In this document: piece by piece, positions 52,154 to 64,000 of the stretch | Numbering within the stretch: position 1 is the stretch's first letter | Layout: every line of letters starts with the position of its first letter | NCBI RefSeq assembly: GCF_001194135.2 | Contig: NC_068987.1 | Location: 2,582,047-2,646,046 of the forward strand | Origin: Octopus bimaculoides | Lineage: Eukaryota | Direction: 5' to 3' | Length of the DNA: 64,000 nucleotides | Made by a program: the position numbers and the translations under genes | Notes under the pieces: model-generated | Told to the model about the DNA's origin: nothing | What the model saw: the letters and a program-made list of their open reading frames with translations, nothing else | Database searches by the model: none

Positions 52154-53290
52154 CAGGCGTGGCTGTGTGGTAAGAAGCTTGCTTCCCAACCACATGGTTC
52201 CAGGTTCATTCCCACTGTGTGGCACCTTGGGCAAGTGTCTTCAACTATAGTCTTGGGCCAACCAAAGCCTTGTGAGTGGATTTGGTAGACGGAAACTGAA
52301 AGAAGCTTGTCGTATACATATATATATGTGCGTGTGTGTGTGTGTGTGTGTGCGCGAGCGCGTGTGTACATTTTCTTCAAATTCCTGGAAGATTCCCTGG
52401 AAGTAGGTGACAGCTCTTGCTATGCTGATGACCTAATTAGCATTTTAAAACCATGGCAACCAGAATAAGAATGGGGTAGAAAAGGGTCATGGACCAAATA
52501 CCCCTACTGACAACAAAGGGATTATGTTTCTGAAAGTAAGGTGAATTGCATGATGGTTGTGTATGAAGTGGGGTGTTGTATGGGTATTAGAAAGTGAAGT
52601 ACTGGGGNNNNNNNNNNNNNNNNNNNNNNNNNNNNNNNNNNNNNNNNNNNNNNNNNNNNNNNNNNNNNNNNNNNNNNNNNNNNNNNNNNNNNNNNNNNNN
52701 NNNNNNNNNNNNNNNNNNNNNNNNNNNNNNNNNNNNNNNNNNNNNNNNNNNNNNNNNNNNNNNNNNNNNNNNNNNNNNNNNNNNNNNNNNNNNNNNNNNN
52801 NNNNNNNNNNNNNNNNNNNNNNNNNNNNNNNNNNNNNNNNNNNNNNNNNNNNNNNNNNNNNNNNNNNNNNNNNNNNNNNNNNNNNNNNNNNNNNNNNNNN
52901 NNNNNNNNNNNNNNNNNNNNNNNNNNNNNNNNNNNNNNNNNNNNNNNNNNNNNNNNNNNNNNNNNNNNNNNNNNNNNNNNNNNNNNNNNNNNNNNNNNNN
53001 NNNNNNNNNNNNNNNNNNNNNNNNNNNNNNNNNNNNNNNNNNNNNNNNNNNNNNNNNNNNNNNNNNNNNNNNNNNNNNNNNNNNNNNNNNNNNNNNNNNN
53101 NNNTATATATGTATGTATATGTTTGTCTGTCTGTCCCCCACAACATCACTTGATGGCTGACGCTGGTGTGTTTGCTTCCGATAGAATAAGTACTAGGCTT
53201 AGAAAGAATAAGTCCTGGGACCGATTTGCTTGACTAAAGGCAGTGCTCCAGCATGGCCACCGTCAAATGCCAAACAAATAAAAGAATAAG
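52154..53290 (+). mobile_element. SINE family B interrupted by microsatellite, unique sequence and a gap
   Basis: caggcgtggctgtgtggtaagaagcttgcttcccaaccacatggttcc...gaaactgaaagaagc (52154-52312); a family B 3' part lies at 53104-53290 and may be a separate copy. Confidence 0.7.
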
Positions 53291-54221
53291 GAAAAAATAA
53301 AAAGTTGGGATCAGAGTGTCTGATTTAAGGCTGGGGTTGTCAGTGAACCAAGTTTACTTAATGAAGAATCACACTATTAACAAACCTTCCCCCTCCTTCC
53401 CTACCCCCTGCTGCCATCATCTCTAAATTGGTCCCAAACATTCCTTCACAGAATTAAACAACAAAGCCAAAAGTTGGTTCAGGTTGACGTCAACAATAAC
53501 TACATCAATGATGAAGTTATTAGGAAATTAATAAGCCTAGTTTTACATATCTCTCGTCAATTAATGAGCCACAAATACATAGAATATAATTAATTTTTGG
53601 TGTAGAAATAAATATACATTAACGAGTTTTGTAATGAAAGTGTTGAATAATTGGTGTTAAACGTTTGGGTGATCCAATGACTTTTGGTTCTTGTGCAGGA
53701 AGGAACATTAGAAAATTTTCATCTAATCTAAATATGTTATTAACATTAAGAAAAAAAAAAAAGACAGATTTTCTAGCATTTAAAATGGTGTTAACTTGTA
53801 GGGTATAGCAGATGAGAAATTTTTAGAGAAATTAAGATCATTTAAAAGGGTTTGGTAAAAGAGGGATAATAGATTCTCATGTCAAATTTATAAAAGAAAA
53901 AACAGAAAAAGTTTTCTATTTTAAGGTAAGAATTGAAAGCGAGTAATTAGAGAATTGGTATTTTTCCAAAGAGGTCAATGTGAAGCTCTCCTAATTTTGG
54001 CTATTATCTATTTAGAATAAGTTTACTAATTATGTCAATATCTGTTAATTGGATTGACAGGTCATGTTGAGAGGTTGTTCGTTAAAGCAACGTTGTTATC
54101 TTTAAAAGTACAATATGGCTTTTTAAAGCTAGATACTCTCATGTTGAAATCGTAACAAAAAATATTTCTGCTTCTGGGCCAATGTGGCTATGAAAAATTT
54201 TAAACCTGGATGGGTTTTGAG

Positions 54222-54414
54222 TAAAGATTATTTGCCAACATAACATGGCAGTCCTGGTTTAGGACAAATGTTGCTGTAATTTAGCCCCAGGAGACATTGT
54301 CTCCAGCTGGCTATATGATACGATCTGTGTCCTTATATTTTTGAACAAGGGAATCTAGCATCCCCACTCAGTCCTAAACCAGGACTGCCATGTTATGTTG
54401 GCAAATAATCTTTA
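54222..54414. mobile_element. MITE with perfect 44-bp terminal inverted repeats
   Basis: taaagattatttgccaacataacatggcagtcctggtttaggac (54222-54265) is the exact reverse complement of 54371-54414. Confidence 0.85.
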
Positions 54415-54651
54415 TTCCAAAGTACTGTTGCTGGATATCTCTCGTTGTGAGATTTACAAATAGTAATTTTCTGGATAGTTTTTGTTTTTTTTGTTTTTTT
54501 GTAGTTGTTGGCTATAGAATTAAATAAGAACTGAAGATAGCTGGATTTATTTCATAAAGACTTTTGTTTTATTTTGTATCTGAAGACACAAACTAAGAGC
54601 AAAATCTTTTAAGTACTCCTTGAATGGTTTTCTAAACTTAAAGTTCTTTAC

Positions 54652-54702
54652 CATTGTAGTGTCTCTGCTGCAGACTCGTGGCTGCATATTGTGCAGCAGC
54701 TG
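54652..54702 (-). CDS. ELF/E74: Candidate ELF/E74 exon (51 nt, phase 1/1), NAGNAG acceptor
   Basis: ctgcctcttcctcacttag|CAG...; the phase-1 frame reads AAAQYAATSLQQRHYN G|gtaaag and joins in frame to exon 42459. Confidence 0.55.
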
Positions 54703-56456
54703 CTAAGTGAGGAAGAGGCAGAAGTTATAAAATAGGACAGGAAGACAAACTAGAAAGCAACAAGAAGACAGTGGAAGTTTTCTCTTAAGATATAATAATA
54801 TCTTGGTGAAATAACAATAAGAAAAGATCATCTAAATACTATAAAAACTGAGCCACATGACCTACTGATTCTACTATGATGAGATTTAACATTTAAAGGG
54901 TACATACATGCACACAACTATTATATAGCATATAGTATACACACACACAAGCAACCACCGGGTGTATATATTTGACTATAGCAGTACAAACAAAACACAG
55001 GTAAAACTAACAGATATACAATGTTGTTGATGATGGTGACGATGATGCTAGTGATGGTGGTGATGGTGACGATGATGATGATGATGGTGGTGGTGGTGAT
55101 GTTGAGAAACGAGGAATTTGAGGCTAGGTGGAACTAATAGCTTTAACGAAAGAAATGGAGGGGGGGCAAGAAAAACGTAGAATAAAGAATAAGACAGAAG
55201 AGAGAGGATGATGCAGAAGAAAAAGGAGAGAGAGAGAGGATGAGAGGGTGGTGGTGATGGTGAGAGCTAAAAAAAAACGAGAGGAGGGGAGGGAGAGGAG
55301 CATATTGTCAGTTGAAGAATAAATCTAACAGCAGCTCCTACTTCCCCCCACCACCACCTCGAAAATCAAGTAGGAAGGTGATATTGTGTAAATAGAGAAG
55401 CTGGGTGTTCCAGCTGATTGGTGTTTAGATAACACTATCATGTTGTCTCTCTGTGGACACTCACAGATTTAGTCATAATATCAATGAATTCTCAACGGAC
55501 ACTTAATTAGCCACTGGTAACATGTTTAACTACCTCCACCCCACCCATCACCACCACCCTTCTCTCATTCTTACACTTTCTGCAGACTTCAGCTTACAAC
55601 AGGCAATTGCATAACATTAAACAACAACAACAACAACAGCACGGATGATGATGATGACGACGACGATGACGGAGATGATGGTGGCAACAGGGTGAATGAA
55701 AAAGAAAAAAACTCTTCTATGAAGGACTAAGGTTAGGTTTGCTCCTGGAATATTATTTAGAGAGCTCTCTAGCAGTGGTGGTGATGGCGGTGGTGGTGCA
55801 AGGAACATGACAATTTGGGTGGAAGGAATTCTTCAAGTAAATTCTGGGAAGGTAATAAGACTAAACAGTGTCGATTCATGGAAAGAGCCATGATAGAAAT
55901 AAGAATTGTCCAATGCAATCCTGAATCTAAAAAGACCAGGCGGGTCACAGCTGGAATACCGTCTTTGATCAATAAGCATATTCAATCAGAACTGGTGGGT
56001 GGGGGTAAACATCAATAATCAATAGTTTGATGGCAGAAATTTGGTTTGAGTCCAGCTTAAAGAATGAGCCACAACAGGAACCAATGATTGTTTTAAACCA
56101 AAGACGACCAACCGTTTTAAGAATACTCAGAGTGGAAACTTCTCTGGTGGGGCCTTACAATAAATGAGAGAGTGAGTTGAGGAACTTTGAATACCTAAGA
56201 TTATCCTTACAAATAGCAGGCAAAACTCCCTACAATAAAAAAGAAACAAGCAGGGAATATTACCACAATCTAGTAACCATAAGTTTGGGAAAATAAAGAA
56301 GATAACGCACTTAGAAGCGGATGTTGTTTTTAAAGAGAACTGGTGAAGGTAACAGACATATTTCAGTCTTATTGGAGATCTTTAGCGATGTATATTTTAG
56401 TTGGTTTGTCAGGCGTCTTGTATCAATCTTGAAGACAGAGACCAACTCAGTCTTAC

Positions 56457-56505
56457 CTATTTGATTACATCTAAAGACTGTCGGTATATACGGAGGAAGT
56501 GACAT
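56457..56505 (-). CDS. ELF/E74: Candidate alternative first coding exon of ELF/E74
   Basis: ATG TCA CTT...MSLPPYIPTVFRCNQI G|gtaaga; the phase-1 donor is compatible with downstream exons. No clear acceptor upstream. Confidence 0.4.
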
Positions 56506-57089
56506 CAGCAGATGGAGAGCTGAGTCTTTGCAAGTTCCTCTTTTGCAAAAGCTTATTACTTCCAACACCACCGATGATGACAACGACAATAAAATGCCGC
56601 CATCACCTCCACCACCGACAACACCACCACCATCACCGCCCACACCACCACACCACCACCACCACCAACGCAATCATCATCACTGCACCACCCCCCCATA
56701 TACCATCACTCCCACCTCATCAATGTAAACAAGATCTCGTTGTCAGTGTTGCTCCATGTGCAGAGTTGTTTAACGAGATGTTTCAGTTAGTGTTTAATTA
56801 AAGAGACTAAATAATGGCCACCACCACCAGGTCAGTGTTTGTATACACACGCAGCGATGTTGGGTAACAACTTGTTGTTCACTCATTGACTCTAGGTTTT
56901 ACTAATTGTTTCTCATTAGTATGTAAAGTATAGGCGGCGGTAGAGGTGGTGTGGCGGAACTGAATGAAATATCTGCCTAAACAACAAACCTAACAGAGAA
57001 AAAAAATGATTAAGAAAAAAAAAAGAAGCTAATACGAAAACTGAGAAAACAAACCAGAATGAAGAAGTACAAATGTTTGGCCAACTTAC

Positions 57090-57185
57090 AAGCAATAAAA
57101 CTTCTCTCCCCGCCATGTTGAACCCGTCGCCGTCACCACCACCACCTGCTGCGCCGCCGCCGCCGCCTCCGATCGTTGCTGCCAT
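57090..57185 (-). CDS. ELF/E74: Candidate upstream first coding exon (MAATIGGGGGGAAGGGGDGDGFNMAGREVLLL)
   Basis: GC-rich; internal AACATGG Kozak at 57116; strong donor CTT|gtaagt. The donor is phase 0, so a linking phase 0/1 exon is needed and was not found. Confidence 0.4.
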
Positions 57186-57489
57186 TGGCACATGTTCTAT
57201 GTCAACGCTGGCAACAGTTCAAACAGGTTTCAATTTGCTGTTTTCACAGGAACTGTTGATTCTTGTGACAAACCCCTTTACCAAATAAGTATTCTAAGAC
57301 ACCACCACCAGCAGCAACAATGACGACAGGCTCGGCACTGTTCGATAATAAATCTTCCATCAGAAGCCATGAACTTCCAATCAAAATATTCAACAAGAAA
57401 TTCTCGACTTCGAAGTGTCTATCTTCTTCTCAATTCGTGTTCAACAAATTTTGCTAGAAACATCAGCTAATAAGGAAGGACATAACTCA

Positions 57490-58960
57490 CCCCCGCCCAA
57501 ACTATGAATGTCAACATAGGAGTTGTGCTTATAAGGTTGTTTGATGCAGATGAAAGTGTTTACGCTTCTCGTTGGCAGGTTTTGTCCATGGTTTGCCTTT
57601 GATAAACACGTTATTGAATTTAAAGAAAAACTGTCAAATTGAATAATGTTATATTGGTCAGAAATGTACACTGGTGAATCCAGAAACGAAGTCTTCAGCA
57701 ATATTATTGCGCTCAAAAGATAAAATAAAATAAATAAAATGATAATCAGAAAGGAAAAAGTGAGAGAGAAAGTACAAGATCCAACGGGACTGACGGCAGA
57801 AGGCCCGAAACTGCCCGGAATAAAAAAAAGGACAAAAATAACGCTGACATGACAGCACGTGACAGCGAATGGAAAGTGTTACGCATGTCCAGATAGAGAA
57901 ATGGCTGAGAGGAATAAAGCGGGACAAGGGTTTGCAGAGATTCTCAAAGTCTTTCAAGAGCGATGGATTTGTATTCGATTCAATATGTATGGCTCGGTGG
58001 ATGGAAAATTTGGAAATGTTGGCTGTGCCGCCAGAATTGAGTGTGTTGTGAAAGGTAACTATTTGTGGCTTTCACAGCTAAGTCGAGACACAATTCCAAA
58101 CATAAAATAGCATCGCGAAGAAAACTATCGCATTCATAAGTGATTTTAACTAAAAAAAATGGGATGCATCTTATACACGGGGTAAAGCTAAAACTATAAA
58201 GGGAAAAAAATAAATTTTGTACTTAGGTTTCAAACAAAAATTAGAGTGAGAACCTATATAGGGGTGCGGCTTATATGCGAGTTAATTCGGTGATCCAGAA
58301 CTGGCGTTCTGATCCATGTATGAATGAAAAAATTAGGCAAGGGCTTTGATAAGAAAGACCTCGTTGCATGTTAGGGTGGAGGATCGACACAAAGGAGTCA
58401 GCACACATATGTACGGATAGGACGTTGCTTTGCACTCTTTTCCGATTGTTTTCCCACCCTACCCGACATTTTATCAAAGAACGAAGACGCAAAAAAGGAC
58501 TTTGGTGAAATAACATGGCGAAGAGGGAGAAGGAAATTAGAGATTTGGAAGTCGGCAAGATTTAACGACATCGAAAAACTTGCCGAACATTCTCGCAGCC
58601 ACCACCACCACCGACGACAAAGAAAAGCAAAATAACAAAAACAATGACTACAATTAAAAAGAAAGAGGAAATAGCAGAAACAACAACCACCACAGCAAAA
58701 CAAATCGAGAAACAAGGACTACAACAACAAGAACGCCATTACAACAAAAACATCAAAAGAAACAACATGGAAAAGGAAGACATCAAAGCCCCTCCTGCTC
58801 GCCTCTGTTACAAACAGAAACAACAGCAATTGACGAAACCCATAAAAATACAAAGAGGATGGAGAGGGTTTTGAGCAGTTTGTTTGCCAATAAAGAAAAC
58901 CGTGGCGAGAACTTTATCAAAAATCTACAGAAACGGAAGAAGAGATCTTCCCATATGAAG
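57490..58960 (-). promoter_or_regulatory. CpG-enriched putative promoter/5'UTR region of ELF/E74
   Basis: Locally CpG-rich; E-box CACGTG 57856-57861, ETS-like CCCGGAAT 57814-57821 and ACGGAAGA 58933-58940, YY1-like AACATGGCG 58512-58520; donor-like gtgagt at 57490 and gtaggg at 58462. Confidence 0.4.
58125..58290. mobile_element. Partial Tc1/pogo-type MITE
   Basis: gggatgcatcttatacacggg and ggggtgcggcttatatgcgagttaattcggt sub-terminal repeats typical of this MITE class. Confidence 0.45.
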
Positions 58961-59017
58961 TGAAACTAAAAAGGACTAAAGACACGCCAGACCCTCAAAG
59001 AAGGTTTGTAAGTAAAA

Positions 59018-59278
59018 GGGCGTGGGTTAGTGGTTAGGGTGTTGCATGCACGATCGAATGATTGGGGTTTCGATTCCCAGACTGGCGGTGCGCTGCGTTG
59101 TTGAGCAAAACACTTTATTGCTGCTCCACTCCACCTCGCTATAAATGAGCAACCCTGAGATGGACTGAAGTTTCGTTCAGGAAGGACGTTGGTCTGCTGG
59201 TCAAGCTGGCCGGATGACACCGTTGGAAAGCTAAAACAATCCGAGGAAGCGCACTGTGGCTAGCGGAGTATAACAACA
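59018..59278 (+). mobile_element. Diverged tRNA-SINE (family D)
   Basis: gggcgtgggttagtggttagggtg...ttcgattccc...ttgagcaaaacactttatt. Confidence 0.65.
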
Positions 59279-59513
59279 TNNNNNNNNNNNNNNNNNNNNN
59301 NNNNNNNNNNNNNNNNNNNNNNNNNNNNNNNNNNNNNNNNNNNNNNNNNNNNNNNNNNNNNNNNNNNNNNNNNNNNNNNNNNNNNNNNNNNNNNNNNNNN
59401 NNNNNNNNNNNNNNNNNNNNNNNNNNNNNNNNNNNNNNNNNNNNNNNNNNNNNNNNNNNNNNNNNNNNNNNNNNNNNNNNNNNNNNNNNNNNNNNNNNNN
59501 NNNNNNNNNNNNN

Positions 59514-59539
<26 letters not shown>

Positions 59540-59545
<6 letters not shown>

Positions 59546-59900
59546 GAAATGTATAGAAAAACAGAAGACGAAGACATGTGTATGAACAACAAACAAGTGT
59601 ATTAGTTTGACGTTCGGGAAGGTGAGAAAGTCTTTTACGTTTCGAGCCTACGCTCTTCAACAGAAAGGAATAAGAAAAAATATACAGAGAGAGAATGAAA
59701 AGACTTGTAAATTTCGGCGGTCCAGCATGGCGATACACACACACACACACACACATATATAGTTTTCGTGCACCGAATTCACTCACAAGGCTTTAGTCGG
59801 CCCAGGGCTATAGTGGAAAACACTTGAAGGTGAGGCGCAGCATTGGGACCGAACTCGAGAACGCGTAGTTACGAACCCAACTTCTTGACGACACAACCAT
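59540..59900 (-). mobile_element. Penelope-like repeat with CUGUUGA hammerhead-like core, followed by a family B SINE
   Basis: ttttacgtttcgagcctacgctcttcaacagaaagg (as at 6127-6160), then gaattcactcacaaggctttagtcggcccagggctatagt. Confidence 0.7.
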
Positions 59901-60754
59901 GCTTGCCCCTATACACACACATACACACAAATTCACGTTCATCTTACGGCGGAAGGGCAGTGTCCCAAAGTATTTGTAAACTTCTCTGAGTCTAGTAACA
60001 ATAATATGACGGATGTTTAGACTGAACGTCTGTCGGTTGATATGGTCAGAAATAGGGAAGTGTTAGTAAAGATGGAACATACATACATACAAATGTAACA
60101 CACCGTCTAAATACCAATCTTGAGGAATTAGGCTACTCAAAACTAGAAAGGAGAAAGCCAATTCGAAGACTACAGATCTAAAGCCATCACTGGAATTTGT
60201 AAAAATATGTAAAACTTTCCAGAAGTTTATTATTTAAATATAGATGAGCCTGTCTAGATATGCATGAGAATACATACATAAAGCAAAACATACAAATCTG
60301 CACATATACAGTGACAGTGGTGGAAAGTGGGGTGTAATGTAAGGGGTCAAAAAACTGAAAAAGCAAAAACTTTACGAAAAATAATAAAATAATAATAATA
60401 ACAACTATATTGAAGACAAAATGATGGAAAAGTTAGTGATGTTGGAGTTGGTGAAGGGAAGGAGGAGGAATGAAGGGAATGAGGGGGAATAAAGGGAGGT
60501 GGGGGAAGAGCACACTAGATAGTTTCTCAGGGGCCCCACAAGTTTAGGGGCCCATTTCTAATCAAGGTATTCTGTGACTCGCTCTTAATACATAAATCCT
60601 ATAGGGGTCCGTGTACTGATTTGCACAGGGACCTCACGGATCTAGGGATTCAAGTAAGATCGATGTATGCTGCGGTTTGCTGTTACTATAGGGGTCCAGG
60701 TCATTGATGTAGCCAAGGGTCTATAATATTGCTACGATGGGCCTTGGGTGGGAG

Positions 60755-60892
60755 CACTAGCGTAGCTAGAATCTGCCGCCCGGGGCAGCCCTTCCCGGAC
60801 CTCACAAAAAATACATATTGTCTACAGCTGACCCAAACGTAGTGCCACTCGTGGGCGCACCCCTACTTCCCCCACCCTTAGCTACGGTAGTG
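60755..60892. mobile_element. 138-bp hAT-type MITE with perfect 8-bp TSD
   Basis: TIRs CACTAGCGTAGCT / AGCTACGGTAGTG (12/13 match), flanked by GGTGGGAG at 60747-60754 and 60893-60900. Confidence 0.9.
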
Positions 60893-61548
60893 GGTGGGAG
60901 CAAGAACTACAGAAAATTTTACATATTTATTGTAAACTGGAAAATATGAGATTGTTTTACTGTTACTGATGTTGACAGCGTTTTTGGTCAGAATCAAAAA
61001 CAACGGCACACACACACACACACACACACCACCACCACCACCAAACTACCACACATACAGCACCAACGCCACCAGTACAACGGATTAAACAATCAGTTGT
61101 CTCTCTAAGTACAGCCAAACATTTTCAGCAGGAGGAGGAAGAGGTGCTGCAGAGAGAAACAAGACTTCTGACGAACACACTGACACACTGGCATGCATTG
61201 ATTGCACAATGGCTTGCTGCACACATGGCACTGGGCGCGTCTGCATGTGTGTGTGTGTGCACACGCGCATGCATACATATACAAAGATGGAGAGACTGTT
61301 GCTTAATACTGCGGCAACAGACACACCTTTTTCTCTTTTTCTCTCTCTCTCGCTCTCTCTTATTTTCTGTCTCTATTTCTTTCTCTTTAATTATACTTCC
61401 CCCCCCCCGCCATCCATACATTATGTCTGACTCATTATATAACTTTTGTAATAAACATCTCTTCAGATTTCCTCATCTACTTCTGAAAATGTATTAAGTT
61501 CATATTTGTGTGCGTGTGTGCACGCGCACATACACACTGATACAAAAA

Positions 61549-61590
<42 letters not shown>

Positions 61591-61859
61591 TTTACACACA
61601 CATATGTATATATATATACATATACATATATGTATACATACATATATATGCATATATACATACATATATACATATATATACATATATACGCATTTATATA
61701 TGCATATACAAATGTATATATATACATATATGCATATACAAATGTATATATATGCATATATACATATACATACATATATACATATGCATATATTTACATA
61801 TATGCATATATACATATATATACACATATATATATACATTTACACACACATATATATAT

Positions 61860-62010
61860 ACATATACTTACTTGTTTTAGTCATGAGACTGAAGAGTTTT
61901 TTTAGTCGAACGAATCCACCTGGTACTTCTTCTATCGGTCTGTTTTGCCGAAGCACTAAGTTACGGGGACGTAAACACACCAACAACAGTTGTCAAGCGG
62001 TGGTGAGGAA
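61860..62010 (-). mobile_element. 3' part of SINE family B
   Basis: ctggtacttcttctatcggtctgttttgccgaagcactaagttacggggacgtaaacacaccaacaacagttgtcaagcgg. Confidence 0.7.
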
Positions 62011-62438
62011 CAAATACACACACACACACACGTGCTTATTATGTGGAGTTACGCTACCCACACCCACACTCCACAATCTCACTGGAAGCGACAACACCAG
62101 ATCAAAATCAAACACACACACACAGACCATTAGATGTCACCCCAGACACTTTCAGCTGAAACGTCTGTTCCGAATGTATGAAACACGTGTACCACAAATC
62201 GCTTCTGATGATCCGAGTCCAGCCATAACGATTAATGATTTGGATTTGTGAAACGGATAAACTCTCCTGGACGGCATCTTTGTTGTTATTAATAAACAAA
62301 CACATCGACGCCACCTAATACTCGCATTGAATGCTTATTTGATCTGATACTGGTTAATATTTTACATACCCCCCCACACACACACAGACACACACACGCC
62401 TGTCTGGTGTAAAGCTATAATGATGATATTATACACAC

Positions 62439-62476
<38 letters not shown>

Positions 62477-62494
62477 GATATATCTATATATATC

Positions 62495-62530
<36 letters not shown>

Positions 62531-64000
62531 ATAGCAGACGCGTTATCTGCATATACCGAAATAAACGTGTCCTCATATATGTGTACATATATATTTGTGT
62601 GTGTGTGTGTGTGTGTGTGTGCATGTCTATACATAGCCAATGGATTATAAGAAGATTTCTTTAATCTATCAGATTCAGTCGACATAAAATGTAATCTAAA
62701 TTCCAGGAGCTGTGAGTCGTATACGCGTGTGTATATCTCCGCTTCTATATGTAAACGTGTCTCCAACTGCAAGCCTCGTACTACACTGACGAAGAAAAAT
62801 ACACCGAAACATGTATCCGTGGTGTTCGCTGACCTGCAAACAAAGATCTCAGGGTCCTTTACATAAAGATGAGAATTTACGGAGAATTTATGTGTGACAT
62901 TAACACCATCACCTTTGATATAAATATATATATATATATATACAAACATACGCACATACATATATGTGTATATCCTAAAATAATGGGATATGTGCCATAC
63001 AATATAGAAGAACTTAAGAGTGATACTGGTGCGAAGGCCGAGTCTTCTTCGCGAACATAAAATGCACCGCACATCAGCATGTCGGTCTCTCTTCTACTTT
63101 ATTCTCAAAAGGTCACTTTGAAAAGGGTTAAAATCGTGTTTAACAACTGAACACTACAAATATGTTGATCGATTTAACCCTTTGCCTGTCCAGTGTGTCA
63201 CATGTTATACACAGGGCACATATTTCTCTGGCGTCCATATTTCATATAGGATACACATTCCCAGTTCTTTCAACCACCAGAGCAACTTGGGACTTATGAA
63301 GGGGAAGCTTTCTCGAACTCAGAACGTACGAAACAAGGGTTACTTAAAAGTCTGAAAACAATCACGGACGTTTAAGACAGACTTTGGACAGGAAAAGAGT
63401 CAAAGACAAGAGTAAAATCCATGATGTCGCCGCCGCACTGTGATTTCATGCTGGGTACCTCTCTCTGTTGCATGCACCCGACTTAGTTGCTTTTACTTTG
63501 TCTCGTGAAGAAACAAGCGGTCCTTATTGACAATGGATTAAACTATGAACAGCATCAGAGCTTAGCACATTTGCAGAAATAAGTTTGGCCATTCTAAATA
63601 CCTTCACGTACACATTCAAATCGAGACAAAGAGCTATAACAGGTGGTATTTATATTTTGTAGTTTATGAAACATATGTCCAGTATAGGTGTAGAAGGTTA
63701 GCCAACTTCAAGCAATTCCTAGTAAATATTAAAAAAAAAAAAAGAGTAACTTTCAGGGACAATAGTCGTTTATTGAGACGGAAGGTTGTGGATCTTTTTT
63801 TTTTAATTTTTCGTATCGAAGTACGATAAACTGAAAAAAGTTCTTTTTATATTTCACAGTAGGCGACCAGGGTTGCCGGGTGTGCGAATAAGAGCACAAG
63901 AGTTCAAGGAATGGAGTAGATAAGACCCGGGCCACCTATGGTTCATAGCGAGCGGAAGCTCAGCAGTTTTACTCATCCAAACGAGGTGTATACCGCAGGC

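Noticed and set aside
1689-63080. Many ORFs in the track with HTHT, YIYI, CVCV, poly-I, poly-M or poly-X runs
   Set aside because: They are translations of dinucleotide/trinucleotide microsatellites and N gaps, not genes.
63840-64000. Plus-strand acceptor-like site followed by GC-rich sequence at the window end
   Set aside because: Truncated by the window edge; no recognisable translation.

Overview
AT-rich, microsatellite- and SINE-dense animal genomic DNA with several N gaps. The repeat families and composition suggest an octopus or other coleoid cephalopod (inference). There is no prokaryotic content and no CRISPR array. The one clear host gene is a minus-strand ETS transcription factor of the ELF/E74 subfamily. 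Reconstructed exons: 42459-42331, 40424-40347, 39299-39210, 38163-38071, 35196-35004 (ETS domain) and a last exon starting at 34148 that runs into an assembly gap. Candidate 5' exons lie at 54702-54652, 56505-56457 and 57185-57090, and a putative 3'UTR extends towards 31400 or further. The rest is transposon-derived: a truncated Helitron, a HINE/Helentron-like element, RTE, CR1/L2 and R4-like LINE remnants, Penelope remnants, mariner and hAT MITEs, and several tRNA-SINE families. The most notable observations: (i) several Penelope-type minimal hammerhead ribozyme motifs, one inside a tRNA-headed SINE-like element and one on the sense strand of an ELF intron; (ii) inverted SINE copies bracketing in-frame, phase-1 ELF exons, predicting a 261-nt stop-free circRNA or in-frame skipping of degron/NLS exons; (iii) long intronic fold-backs beside exons that are candidate dsRNA/ADAR substrates. 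All coordinates were read by eye and no database search was run, so repeat boundaries are approximate.
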